64,000 nucleotides of DNA from Podarcis cretensis (GCA_951804945.1 OX638160.1:12710001-12774000), one strand, 5' to 3'. Shown: positions 1 through 11,104, numbered from the stretch's first letter. Notes: generated by a model not told the origin, from the letters alone. Made by a program: numbers and translations.

Positions 1-506
1 CAATCCTTACAACAATCCTGCATGGTAAACAAGCATTATCCCAACATTACTGAGAGTTCTTTCCTTAAGGTCACCTTGTGAATCATGACTGAGATGTCAC
101 TTAAATTAATGACCTCCTAGGTTGCAACTCATTCTCTTAACTACTATGCTATATTAACTACAGTGTATCCTATCCATCAGTGGAGTATTACCTGTATTCA
201 AAAATTGTCTTGGGCTTCCACACCTCACCTGGAAGTGAACTCATTAACTATTCTCTAGTGTCCAAAGCAAGGCTATAGAATATTCTTACTTCCTAAAGTA
301 CTGAAGATGACCATAGGATTGTTGGGTTTTCTTCATATGTTGTTCTGACACTGACTTCTCATTTGTAAAGAAAATTCCTATATCTCATGGTAGACAAGTA
401 CAAACCATTAGTAGTTACACAGATAAAGCACATGGCATACTTGATGGCTGGCTTTGCAGCCGAATGTTGGCACTAATAACTTCTTGATGCCCCTTTCAGA
501 AATCTC

Positions 507-906
507 ATGGAGAAGCCTGTGTCCAGAACAGAAGATCATACCTGGAGTTGTTCCTGTACTGCCAGGAGAAGGCAGAGAACCCCTTTAGGTGGAAGTGCCA
601 CAGGGCTGGCAGCCAAAGTGGGTGAAATGTTGAGCTCGTCTGTCTCGAGTTCTCCTCTAAAACTAGTGAGTCACAGCATGCGGAACCCAAGCAGCTCAAA
701 CATTGGCAGTGGCACCAGCAGCAGTTTGAACTTGAGCAGGGACGTAGTGCAACGGAGCCTGGTGCTCTTTGTCGTTGGCACTTTCCTCGCCCTGGTGCTG
801 AACTTGCTGCAGATCCAGAGGAACGTAACACTCTTCCCCGAGGAGGTCATTTCTACAATCTTCTCCTCTGCTTGGTGGGTGCCCCCTTGCTGTGGGACAG
901 CAGCAG
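507..906 (+). CDS. INSIG1: INSIG1 first coding exon (N-terminal cytosolic tail, TM1 and start of TM2)
   Basis: Translates [17 protein letters not shown]...GLAAKVGEM...[52 protein letters not shown], matching Insig-1. Acceptor tttcag ends at 499; donor G|GTATGT at 907 (phase 1). Confidence 0.96.
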
Positions 907-1299
907 GTATGTCACCAGACTAAACTTTGGTTGTTTGGGAATCGTTGTGGAAAGAAGGCATTGGCAGTTCTAGACGTTGGATTGTATTTTGTCGCTGGGT
1001 GGTATTTGAGACCCGCAACTTGTTGGGGTTTGCTTCTTCAGTCTGCTGCACTCTTTTCAGGATTGGCCATGACTTAAGAGTCTGCATGCTTTGTTAATGC
1101 AGTCTAGCTGCTGAGCAAATTGAGAGAACAATCGGATTAAGCAGAAGCATGTTGTCGTCTAGGAAAGAGCAGGGATGTGTAGCAGGTTACTTTCGTGGGC
1201 TGATGCTGCTTTAAGAGTTGGCACTGTGATTAGCCCTGGAATTAGGGAAGAGTTTCCTCCAAGCTATTGTCTGTCAAAGTTTTAGCACAGGCGCTTGCA

Positions 1300-1427
1300 T
1301 GACTCATCACCACTCTCTGCCTTATGATTGGTTCCCTTTTGAAACTGGTGAGTCGCGTGTTCTTGCTCCTATTGGTTGCCTGCCTGAACATGCCACATAC
1401 TTGAATCAAAAACAAGGAAGTCACATG
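1300..1427. promoter_or_regulatory. Candidate intronic enhancer (AP-1, SRE-like, two NF-Y boxes, E-box)
   Basis: TGACTCA 1300-1306, ATCACCAC 1306-1313, ATTGG 1327-1331 and 1371-1375, GTCACATG 1420-1427. Confidence 0.35.
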
Positions 1428-1859
1428 TTGCGGCAGCAGAGGATGGGAAGTGAAGCTTGGCTAGCTGCCTGTTCTGAGAGCAGCTGCAGCAGCTTCATTT
1501 GCCAGCAGAAATGTAAGGGGATTTCCTCCTGCACCACCCCCTTGCAAACCTAGGACAAAACGCTTAGTTAAAATAGAAATCTATTTTGTTATATAAAGAA
1601 GCAGAACAAATAGCTGAATGTTAAACAACTCCTGCTGCTAACTACACAGTGGATTCAAATGGCACTATAGGGGAGCATTAAAACACAGCTGTATTCTATT
1701 AAGTAGAATGTTGCAATGCTTGGCAGAAATGTTTGAAGTGTAAACATAAATCTTTATGTTGGTAAAACTTTTGAAGAGAGCAACACAGAAAAGAGATGAA
1801 GGAGAAAAGCCAAAATTTATCAAGCTACCCCAAAAATTCATCATGTCATGGAGGCTTTA

Positions 1860-1935
1860 GCTGAGATTCCTGCATTGTAGGGAGTTGGACTAGATGACCC
1901 TTGGGGTCCCTTCAAACTCTACAGTTCTATGATTT
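1860..1935 (+). mobile_element. CR1 LINE 3' end fragment
   Basis: gttggactagatgacccttggggtcccttcaaactctacagttctatgatt, the typical CR1 3' terminus. Confidence 0.75.
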
Positions 1936-2294
1936 TTAATCCAATGAAGGTTTAACCCAATCTCAGAACCGTACTGGCTACTGCCATTCCTTTTGATTAC
2001 TGTCTGAATTCGAGATGTTATTTTCTGGCAACATAAAATTTAGTTTTCTAATAAGTTTCTGCAGTACAAAACAGCTCTTGCCAGTGCAGGGTGGCACCTG
2101 CCCCTTTGGCTGCAGATGTTGCCCTAGAGCAGGATATATACGTATGTGTTTCTCAAAACAGGTGGCTTCAGTTTTAGCCACCTCTCTGCATCATGAGTAA
2201 AGCAGTGAACTTCAGATATTCTACACAGAAACAGCCAGTGTTTGTCCCATAGTATTGTGTGCCCTCTGAAATGAAACAAAACCAAGTTCTAGCC

Positions 2295-2603
2295 CAGGTG
2301 TCGCCAACCTAAGGCCCATGGAGGCCATTTAACCGGCCTACGATCCGCCCCCGAACTGAGCCACCCACTCGGCGAGCCCCCATGCGCTGCGCTAAAGTAG
2401 CGCAGCGCAGGGACTATTCCGTGGCACCAGAAATCACTTCTGCGCAGGCTCTATTTTCGGCGTCTGGGCATGCGCAGAATTGATTTCTGGCGCCGCGGAC
2501 ATACGCAGACGTGATTTCTGGCATCGCGCTGCGCCGGTCCGGCCCATGGAGGATCTCTGCGGGTGTGATCCAGCCCATGCCCGGTAAGCCTTGCCGACCC
2601 CTG
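2295..2603. mobile_element. Non-autonomous hAT (Charlie-like) DNA transposon
   Basis: TIRs caggtgtcgccaa / ttgccgacccctg; exact 8-bp TSD TTCTAGCC (2287-2294, 2604-2611); CpG-rich interior. Confidence 0.88.
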
Positions 2604-2669
2604 TTCTAGCCTGTATATTAACTGCTGTCACTCAGAGGCCAGTTGAAATGGACTTAACATTTTAATATA

Positions 2670-2911
2670 CAGTGGTACCTCAGGTTACATACACTTCAGG
2701 TTACAGACGCTTCAGGTTACAGACTCCGCTAACCCAGAAATAGTACCTCAGGTTAAGGACCTTGCTTGAGGATGAGAACAGAAATTGTGCTCCGGCGGTG
2801 CAGCGGCAGCAGGAGGCCCCATTAGCTAAAGTGGTGCTTCAGGTTAAGAACAGTTTCAGGTTAAGAACGGACCTCCGGAACGAATTAAGTTCTTAACCCG
2901 AGGTACCACTG
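2670..2911 (+). mobile_element. Tc1/mariner (Tigger-like) MITE, 242 bp
   Basis: TIRs CAGTGGTACCTC..GTT / AACCCGAGGTACCACTG with TA on both sides; second copy at 58662-58903. Confidence 0.9.
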
Positions 2912-3119
2912 TACTCCTGTTGTTGTAACTAAACATGTAGAGCAATAGTTTTGTCTGGCATTAAGAGTTTCCAGCCCAGCATCACTTGGCCATGTTGATA
3001 AGGAAACTCTTCATACTGGGGAAAAACACTGTGGGAAAATAGCTTTATATGTGGCAGTGAGTGGGAACCAAGTCACCTGATGAGGCTATTTAAGCAGCTG
3101 CTGTGTGTGTTGGCAGCTT

Positions 3120-3233
3120 ACCAGGTAGTATTGGGCTCCAACTTCCATCAGCTTTACTAGCATAGCCAGTGATCAAGGATGTTGGGAGGTGGAGTTGATC
3201 AACATTTGGAGGGCCACACATTAGGCACCCCTG
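3120..3233. mobile_element. Palindromic hAT-type MITE, partial and degraded (family also at 11105, 18746, 48081)
   Basis: ctccaacttccatc...gatgttgggag...aacatttggagggccaca...cacccctg, shared with other copies in the window. Confidence 0.6.
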
Positions 3234-3882
3234 GTGTACACTGTCCTGTAACAATCTGAATGACTGGAATGATTGGAAGCAACTTCTGCTAATAAAAACT
3301 GGCTGGTTGCTCTAGAATGCATTCTTCAGTGGTGCCTACAGCCAGTAGTTTACCTGTTAAATAGCAAAAGTGCTGTGGAAGTCAAATGCCTGAACTTTGA
3401 ATTTTTAAAAAATTCAGTAGTACGGTACTTAAATGTGTTCCATGTGGATATATTTTTCAGAGGAAGGGAGGGTGTATGTGTGAAATATCTTTAATAAAAA
3501 GTCAGAAGAAATTTGGGCTCTTGGTCTAGGCAGCTAATTATTACTGTTAAAATATTGATTCTGCTTCTACCTGAGGCTTACATTTTCTACCAAGGAACAG
3601 AAACAAACTTCTTTTTAATATAAGCAGTGTAGTATATACAGGAAGAAATGAGTTCCTTTTGTAACTAAGATTCATACATGTTCCACCATAGTCCCACATC
3701 TTGAAGCATAACATAAGAATATGTGAAACACTATACAATTTGTGAAATATCATTAGCAGACACAACAGTAGGGAAAATTGGTTCTAGTCTGCATAAGACT
3801 TTGGCATGTGCTGAATAGATTTATATTTACAACAGCTTGGATATTAAAACTGTATGAACAATTTCTCCTTTTTCTTTTACAG

Positions 3883-4007
3883 CTGTTATTGGCCTGCTGT
3901 ATCCCTGCATTGACAGTCATCTTGGTGAGCCTCACAAATTCAAGCGAGAATGGGCCAGTGTTATGCGGTGTATAGCAGTCTTTGTCGGCATTAACCATGC
4001 AAGTGCT
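3883..4007 (+). CDS. INSIG1: INSIG1 coding exon 2 (125 nt)
   Basis: Polypyrimidine tract and AG at 3881-3882. Encodes (A)[45 protein letters not shown] (Ser) is the Insig-1 rather than Insig-2 state. Ends at a GTATCCTT donor. Confidence 0.97.
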
Positions 4008-4503
4008 GTATCCTTAGAATGATGTGATTAATGTCCATATCTGGTGTAATTATAATGGAATTTATTTTTAAGGTTCTTGTCAGTCTATACTTGACCAACT
4101 TCAACCGAAATGTGGAGAAATTCAGCATGAATGTGGAGAAATGACTGCGTTTTGAAATCCTTATTTCTGGACTTGTGCCTCTAGAATAGTCACTTGAAAT
4201 GGATTGTGTGTCTCACAGCAACGTCCTGTACTAGGAAATGCTTTGAAGGATCTGGGATAAGGCTTCTTGGACTGGCACAAATAAACCACTTGTCTGCCTA
4301 TAGCGAGACAAGGGCTTGATAGTGGCAAGTAGGGCATTGCTGATTGTATCAGCTGCACTTGGTGTTCTTAGGGCTGCAGCTGCTGTTAACACAAATTTCT
4401 CCGCTAAGGTAGCTAAAAGGTCCTGAGGATTAGGGTGGTTTATAAGACACATAAAAAGTTAGTAGTGCTGTGAGTAAAAGGAGGTTTAAAATAAAAGAGC
4501 AGG

Positions 4504-4960
4504 CGGAAATGACTGGCAGAATCCGAGATCAGGGAGAAGAGTTGGTGGAAGAAGATTGGAGGAAATTCAAAGTCTATTTACAGAAACATTGTAAAATTTC
4601 TGAATGTTGATGACACTGAAATGAAATGAAGGGGTTCTGGTAATAAGGTAAATTAGGTAAAAATGGACTGAAGTTAGGAGAAAGTTCAAAGTTAATGAAC
4701 TTGCTGAACTAATTTTTAAGTGGAATACAAAAAAGGGAGACGTGAGGAAGTCAGGAAAATAAGTTAATCAAAGAGGAGAGGAAAAAAAGAGGGATTTTTG
4801 TTTTCTTTGTTTTTTCTTTTTTCTTTCGTTTTTATGTCAATTGTGAGAATTTTTTGTATCTTTGTATTTCTGTGTTTATGTATTTTTTTGTGTTTCGTTA
4901 TTGCTTGCCTTGTAATTTTTCTTATTATTAAATTTAATAAAATATCATTTAAAAATAAAT
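4504..4960 (+). mobile_element. 5'-truncated L1-clade LINE (ORF2 C-terminus, 3' UTR, A-rich tail)
   Basis: 15-bp TSD AAATAAAAGAGCAGG (4489-4503, 4961-4975) at a TT|AAAA site. Encodes EMTGRIRDQGEELVEEDWRKFKVYLQKHC, similar to the end of ORF2 at ~17890-18000. Confidence 0.85.
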
Positions 4961-4974
4961 AAATAAAAGAGCAG

Positions 4975-5112
4975 GTGGTAGCCAACTAAATTTTACTCAG
5001 AGTAGACCCATTGAGTAATCCTTTCCATTACTCAAATGAGACCCTATGTTAAGTGTGTCCATTAATTTCAAGTGGGTTTACTCAAGAGTAAAACTTAGTT
5101 TGCTACAGCCCA
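4975..5112. mobile_element. Palindromic MITE (tactcagagtagacccattga family)
   Basis: Internal inverted repeat caactaaattttactc...gagtaaaacttagtttg; related copies at ~27137-27242 and ~40720-40833. Confidence 0.6.
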
Positions 5113-5712
5113 GCCTGTTTAACAGAATAACAGATCTGGGATGTTGGGATAGAATTAGATTATGTCACAGACTCCACTCAATCGGTGGTCTGAATTTTTC
5201 ACACACCCAAATCCTCACTTGTTAGTAGAGTCGAGTAGGGCACATGCATGAATATGTAGCATTTGCCTTTTTCTCAAATAAAGCTTGTTAGTGTTTTTGC
5301 ACTAGCTTCTCCTTCAGATATGTCCCAGGAGTTCACTTTGAATTTCATTACAAGAAAATTAGCACCTTATTTGAAGAGGCACTAATTTACTTGCAATGGT
5401 CCTCGTTATATCTTGACAGAAGCTGTGGGAAAAATTGTCCCCTGCAGGCTAATGGTACCCATTTGCTACTTTTGACCGTTGCTTGAAGTGATTTTTGCAT
5501 TTGTATACTGCATATACAGGTATACATGTACAAAAGAGGAATGTATGCAACATAAAAGACAAATAAAATGTGAAAGGGGTGATGGTGTAGACACCATCTA
5601 ACAGCACTGAAGCAGAAAACTAAATCTGGCTATGTCTGAAGATTGTTATGATGAGCAAGAAGAAACTTGTCAGACTTCAAGGCTGCAGAATTTTCCTTAA
5701 CTTTCTTCTTAG

Positions 5713-5879
5713 AAATTGGATTTTGCAAACAATATCCAACTCTCTTTGACCCTGGCAGCTTTGTCACTGGGTCTCTGGTGGACATTTGATCGTTCAAGAA
5801 GTGGTCTTGGTCTTGGAATTACAATAGCTTTTGTAGCTACTCTGATTACACAGTTCCTTGTCTATAATGGAGTTTATCA
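5713..5879 (+). CDS. INSIG1: INSIG1 coding exon 3 (167 nt)
   Basis: Encodes [55 protein letters not shown](Q). AG at 5711-5712; donor GTAAGT at 5880. Confidence 0.97.
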
Positions 5880-6438
5880 GTAAGTATCCCATCTTGTGAC
5901 TTTAAATTGTCTATTTTAAAGTAAAAATTAGTTAAATTTGACTTGCATTCTTAAGCAAAGGTGTGTGCCCACTCTGCTGCTAAAAAATGAGAGTTATAAG
6001 CCACTCTGTCTTAATGATACAAGGCTGCTGCCTTGTACAAGATTACAATGTCTTTATGCTAAGTGGTTGGATCACTTTAAGCTTGATTCTAGGTGTGTTC
6101 CATTGAGAAAATAGGAAAGAGACTTTAGTGCAGAGAAGACATGAATTGTTCAATTTCTGTCCCTCTAAGCATTCTGTAAGCTTTCCCTATTTACACAGCA
6201 TGAGACGTTTAATCCCTTTCACCACCCCTGTGGTAATAATACAGGATGTGACTGTACAAATAGAACTGTATCTTCTACAATCAGATATTAAATTCTGCTG
6301 ACAAAATGTAAGATGGCAGTATCGAAATTCACAGAACTACCACTTGTTCCAGCATAGCTAAGTGTTCATATTAAAAGACAAACCTTGCACAGATATTAAA
6401 ACTGCAGGCGTGTCTCACTTTCTTATATCTTTCTTTAG

Positions 6439-6538
6439 GTATACATCCCCAGATTTCCTTTACATCCGGTCTTGGTTACCATGCATATTTTTCTCGGGAG
6501 GTGTGACTGTAGGAAACATAGGACGGCAGCTAGCTATG
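6439..6538 (+). CDS. INSIG1: INSIG1 coding exon 4 (100 nt)
   Basis: Encodes (Q)[33 protein letters not shown]. Acceptor ttctttag; donor GTAATT at 6539. Confidence 0.97.
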
Positions 6539-6993
6539 GTAATTATCATACAATCTGTGTTTAGCCGTTTTTAAAAGGGAAATTAAGTTGATGAGTGTTA
6601 AACCTGTATGCAGGACATGTTATTTGGTGACTAATAAGAGTAACTGGTACTTTACAAGGGCGTGACCTACGTGACCTGAAGTACTTCATCCTAGCCTTGG
6701 TCTTTTGGGTGCATGGGAACCAACTCCAGGGGACCATGGATGTTTGAGCACCCACAATAATATAATTGTGGGGATCTGGCACCCACAATGTCAATGAGAA
6801 AAGGAGGCAGCAGTGCTGCCTCCAAGAGAGAAGCAGTTCAGTTCCACCCTCCACAGCCGGCCAGCAAGGCACCCTTTTCCAGTGGGGGAAGCTCAGGAGT
6901 GAAGGCAGAGTCTCTTTGCCCCCAAGTCCGAGCCCCTCCCCGCAGAAAAGGGTGCCTTGCTGGCTGCAGAGGAGAAGGAAGAGGAGCTGCCGC

Positions 6994-7109
6994 CCACCAC
7001 AATGTGGATGTGCAATGTCACACACACACACCTGCACATAGTGCACGCGACATCACATGCACTACATGCAGGTGTGTGCGTATGACATCGCACATCCACG
7101 TTGTGGTGG
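6994..7109. repeat. Long inverted repeat (~54-bp arms), probably inside a MITE remnant
   Basis: ccaccacaatgtggatgtgcaatgtca...tgacatcgcacatccacgttgtggtgg; mismatches between arms are transitions. Confidence 0.85.
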
Positions 7110-7323
7110 CAGGTACCCACATATCTGGCTCCCATATCCTTATTCCAGAGGCATACAGTAACAAAAGGCAAATGTCAGGGAGGGCAGTGATGGTAAGTCT
7201 CTTCCCCATTCTCCTGGAAGTACCAACTGCTGGTGCAGGTTTAGCTTGTTTACAAGAATGCAGTTAAGTTTCAGCATAATGTTAAACATTAAACTGCAAT
7301 AACATTTTTGGTTTTGACCACAG

Positions 7324-7353
7324 GGTGTTCCTGAGAAGCCTCACAGTGACTAA
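7324..7353 (+). CDS. INSIG1: INSIG1 last coding exon, GVPEKPHSD-stop
   Basis: cag acceptor at 7321-7323, then GGT GTT CCT GAG AAG CCT CAC AGT GAC TAA. This is the Insig-1 C-terminus with its KxHxx ER-retrieval motif. Spliced CDS totals 822 nt, in frame. Confidence 0.96.
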   Translation, partial: GVPEKPHSD

Positions 7354-9813
7354 ATATTTGGATCTGCACTGAAGGCAGGCGAAGATCAGTTCTTGAATCT
7401 GAACTAGAATTTTTTTCTTCTTGAATAACCTGCGTGAGCTTCCTGCGCAAATGGCTGGTGAAAAGATGCTTATTCACCTTAGAGCGGCCAAGAGGTTACC
7501 TTGATGTTTTTTCCTAGAAGCCTCTGGGTTTGACTGTTCTGTGGGAGAAGTCAATACAGACATAATGCATAGCAAGTCCATGCTTGGTGGCTATTCTCCC
7601 AAGTGCTAGGTTCCTGTTGGAAGTCATTGAACCAGCTGCCATATTTCAAAGCCTTGAAACAAAACTTACAATTACAAGCTTTGTACAAGTGCCCAAAGAA
7701 AGTTGGTTGGTGCTGAAATGTGGAGTACATGGATGGGTTTAATAGGAATAGTATTTATCAAAATGTCCTTTTAACATAGGGTTGCCTTAAAATGAAGGCG
7801 ATTAGAGTAAAAGGTACAATCCTTCAGATGTTGTACGAAGGAATAATAACTATAGGCACAAATCACAGTTCCCTTGGAAAACATTCTTTGCTTTCTCCAC
7901 TGAAATAAAGGAGAGAGGTGTAAGGAACTCTACCTATTTCAGTGTGCTTTGCACAGGAGTACTTATCCGAAGTGCTTTGATTTGTGGTTTTTGAAAACCT
8001 GTTCTCCTTGGAAGTGGGAAGCAAACTATCTTGCAGACAGAAAAGCAATAGGTCTGTCAGCTGCTTATCAAACTGATAGTGTGGTCCCTTACCACTTCCC
8101 TGCTATTGGATACACACAGCCAAAATTGATTTTTGCTCAGTAATGTATGTCACTGCAACTCTGTTGGGCAGGCCCTCAAGTGACTTTACTGATAAGCCTG
8201 TCCTCGGAGTGTTACACCAGCCTAAGAGGAGGGCATTCCTATGTGATTCCTGTTAAACTATATAGCAACTGGACTAGTTTCAGGGCCCAAGCAGTAGAGG
8301 CCATGACAGGTGCAGAGCAGGCCAACAGTGTTACTTAAGGCTTATCTTAAATGATTTTTGCTTTACAGTGTGTTTTGGAGCAGATCACTGCTTAGTGTTT
8401 GTTTTTCGCAACCCTATAGAACTTGCAATCTGTGATTGCCTTGTAAGGAAGAGTGTTTGTCACTACAATACACATTGGGTGTTTCTTAGTAGTTTCATGG
8501 TGAGCACAATATTCATTCAAATAATATAGACAGCAGCTGACCTAATGTAAAGTGCAATGTACAGTTGAGAGAAATCTGAGCCTTGTTGTCTCCTCTTTAG
8601 TATTTCTTGGTGATATTAAAGAAGAGTTCTGAACTCATTTCAATGCTGCATGGAGGCAAAAATCAGCAATAATTTATCTAATAATGCTAGTTTGTATCGT
8701 CTACTAAACCCTGGTCTTAAAAGAAATACTCCAGTCTTGTAGATATGGTGTACAACTGGAACGCTTACTGACTATTTTTCTGTAATAGGCAGTTAGACGT
8801 TCTTCTGTTTTAGCTTCTTGCGGCTTCTCATTTGTTTAGGTTCTAAACTGAGTCTAAAAAAAACCCTTCCTCCAGTTTATGTTCAAGGAAACCTCCTCAA
8901 AAGCAGTGTTTCTCAAACTGTTTGAACTCTGGTCTCTTTCTTAATTGTCTGCACCTTCCAGGTCCCCCAACCTACTAATAGCCCTTTGATCTTTGGTATG
9001 TGGGTGCACAGAATCCTTGTACACAGCAATATAGATGCATCTTGTTGCTGTGGTTCTAAGGTTCTGTGACTGGGGTAGTAATGCTGGCTTTTGAAATGAC
9101 TAAACATATTGGACTCCCTCCAAAAACCAGGCATCCGGTGAGGAGCTGTCTCTGTTCCAAAACTCCCATATATTGCCCACTATGTGGTGGTGTCCATGGT
9201 TACCATAGCAGTTGAGGTGACTGCCACACTATGCTCTGTTGCTGGGAGGAAAGTGGTTCTATCTGCTGCAAGATATTTTTTCCTACTCTGGAATTCCTCC
9301 CACCTGTGGTGTGTTGTGCCTTCTCAGGAGCATAGTTTGAGAATCATTGTCCAAAAACTCTAGGGATGCTTAGAAATTTACTTCAGGGGCTTATGGGTTT
9401 GTAAAAGCCTACTGCAAAGGAAAGGCAAGATTTTCAAGCTCTGAAATTCTTCTCCTGATGGGATTAAAATCCAAGCTAGAGGAGAATTGTTTTTATATTT
9501 CCACTAGCCCTTACAGCGCAGCATTCCTCCAGAGAGCTACACCTTTGCACACTGCAATCAGATATACAAGATAACAGAAGGAGAGGTAAGGGAACAACTT
9601 TCCCATCTCGTTGCACACAGGAGTTCATTTCAGATCATCTTGTAGGTGAGCTAAGGAGTGCTCATTCAACTCTCTGAAATATTTTTGGAAAATGCTAAAA
9701 AATGTTAGTGGTATCTTTGTTCTTAAAGGGGAGATAGGGAAGACTTGAAGCAGTAAGGTACAAACTACACTGAAGGACTTTTATTACAGTCTGTGGTATT
9801 ACTGAATAATAAA
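7354..9813 (+). other. INSIG1: Probable INSIG1 3' UTR (end uncertain)
   Basis: Follows the stop codon. Candidate poly(A) signals: AATAAA 7904-7909, ATTAAA 8615-8620, AATAAA 9808-9813. Confidence 0.45.
8904..9349. mobile_element. Old hAT-Charlie-like MITE
   Basis: TIRs cagtgtttctcaaact / agtttgagaatcattg. Confidence 0.6.
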
Positions 9814-10607
9814 TTGCAGCCTTTATTGGTTTTTAAAAGGTTTGGGAAAACCCTTTCTTTACCAATCTAAATAGTCCAATAAGGTTTCTCAAGTGAATAT
9901 ACCCACATGAAAATGTATCTGCAAGACAAAAGCCACCATATTCTCTAAGTTTAGTTTGAGATACTGTGGCACAGGAGGCAAATAACTACCTTTCCATGTC
10001 AACACCTTAGCACCCCATGTAACTAAAGAGGACAATTGTAACTGTAAATATGTAATCATGAAATCAAGAAGTATTTTATTTGTAAATTGGTGTTTTGACA
10101 AGACAGCCAAAATATACACTAGAAGTTCAATCTTGCCAATACTTGTAAGTATCTGAACCAAAGTGATCAGAATTTGTGTTATATGGAAAAATATGCATTG
10201 GGGGAGAATTGCACTATTCTGGGTTGGAATCCTTTGATTCTCAGACTCGGTAGTTTTTTTCAACAATGTGTGTGAGTGGTGGTTTTTTTAAAAAAAAGAA
10301 ATTAAAGGTTTCAAACAACCATTTCTGTCTCTTGTTTACTTAGTTATTATAATCCTTTTGAATGACAGCAATGAATGATCTGACTGGGGGAAATGCTAAA
10401 ACCTTAAATAACGTGTCTCAAACACTTCATTTTAACTGCCTTTTCAGCTGTAAAGAGGCAGGTAGCTCCACAATTAGCATTCTATCAAGCTATCTAATGG
10501 CATGCTCTACATCTTTATCCAAATTGGGCAGTTTAGTTATGTACAAATTTCTTACTCAGATGCCCAATGACGGTCTTTCTATCTCGTATTGGCATCTAAC
10601 TTGTGTA

Positions 10608-10685
10608 CAGTGGTACCTCGGTTTAAGAACAGTCCTGTTTACTAACAATTTGGTTTACGAACTCCGCAAATCTGGAAGTAGTGTC
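10608..10685 (+). mobile_element. Truncated Tigger-like MITE end
   Basis: TA followed by CAGTGGTACCTCGGTTTAAGAAC, a TIR related to the 2670 element; no right end seen. Confidence 0.6.
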
Positions 10686-11104
10686 GAGGAAGAGTCCATG
10701 GAGGCTATCTTCCTTATGGAAGCAAGCTGAGTGTCTCACCAGGCTAAATAATCCAGTGGTGCTGGCTGCCAGGTATCTGCCTAAATAGCATCTTTCTGAG
10801 ATAGCTATTCTCACCCCATCAGCTAGGAGCACCATACTGCCATCACTTAAGGAGAACTGGCTTTCTTGAACAGCTAGGAAGAAAACTCACTTTCCACCGC
10901 TGTTGCAAAGAAGTTTTATATTCAAGTGCTGATGGAGGCCAGTGGACACAAGAAGCAAACATAGGTAACTAAGTTTGAACATATACACACTAGCTATGGC
11001 AACAAATGCTGTAGACCAGGAATAGAAAAGGCTATAGCCTTCCTAACTGAATGCTTTAAGGAAACAGTAGGCCAAGGCCAGATGTCCTAACCAATACCAG
11101 TCTC

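Larger units (their letters stand above)
4008..5712 (+). other. INSIG1: U12-type (minor spliceosome) GT-AG intron of INSIG1
   Basis: 5' splice site GTATCCTT (4008-4015); branch site TTTTCCTTAAC (5691-5701) about 12 nt before the AG (5711-5712). Confidence 0.93.

Noticed and set aside
907-923. ORF track extension GMSPD-stop of the first INSIG1 ORF
   Set aside because: Read-through into the intron past the GT donor at 907.
5884-5890. GTATCCC just inside the next intron, resembling a second U12 donor
   Set aside because: The frame requires the canonical GTAAGT donor at 5880, and no U12 branch site precedes the 6438 acceptor.
6561-7267. Overlapping 159-161 aa ORFs on both strands
   Set aside because: They arise from a GC-rich palindromic repeat inside an INSIG1 intron and show no protein-family motifs.
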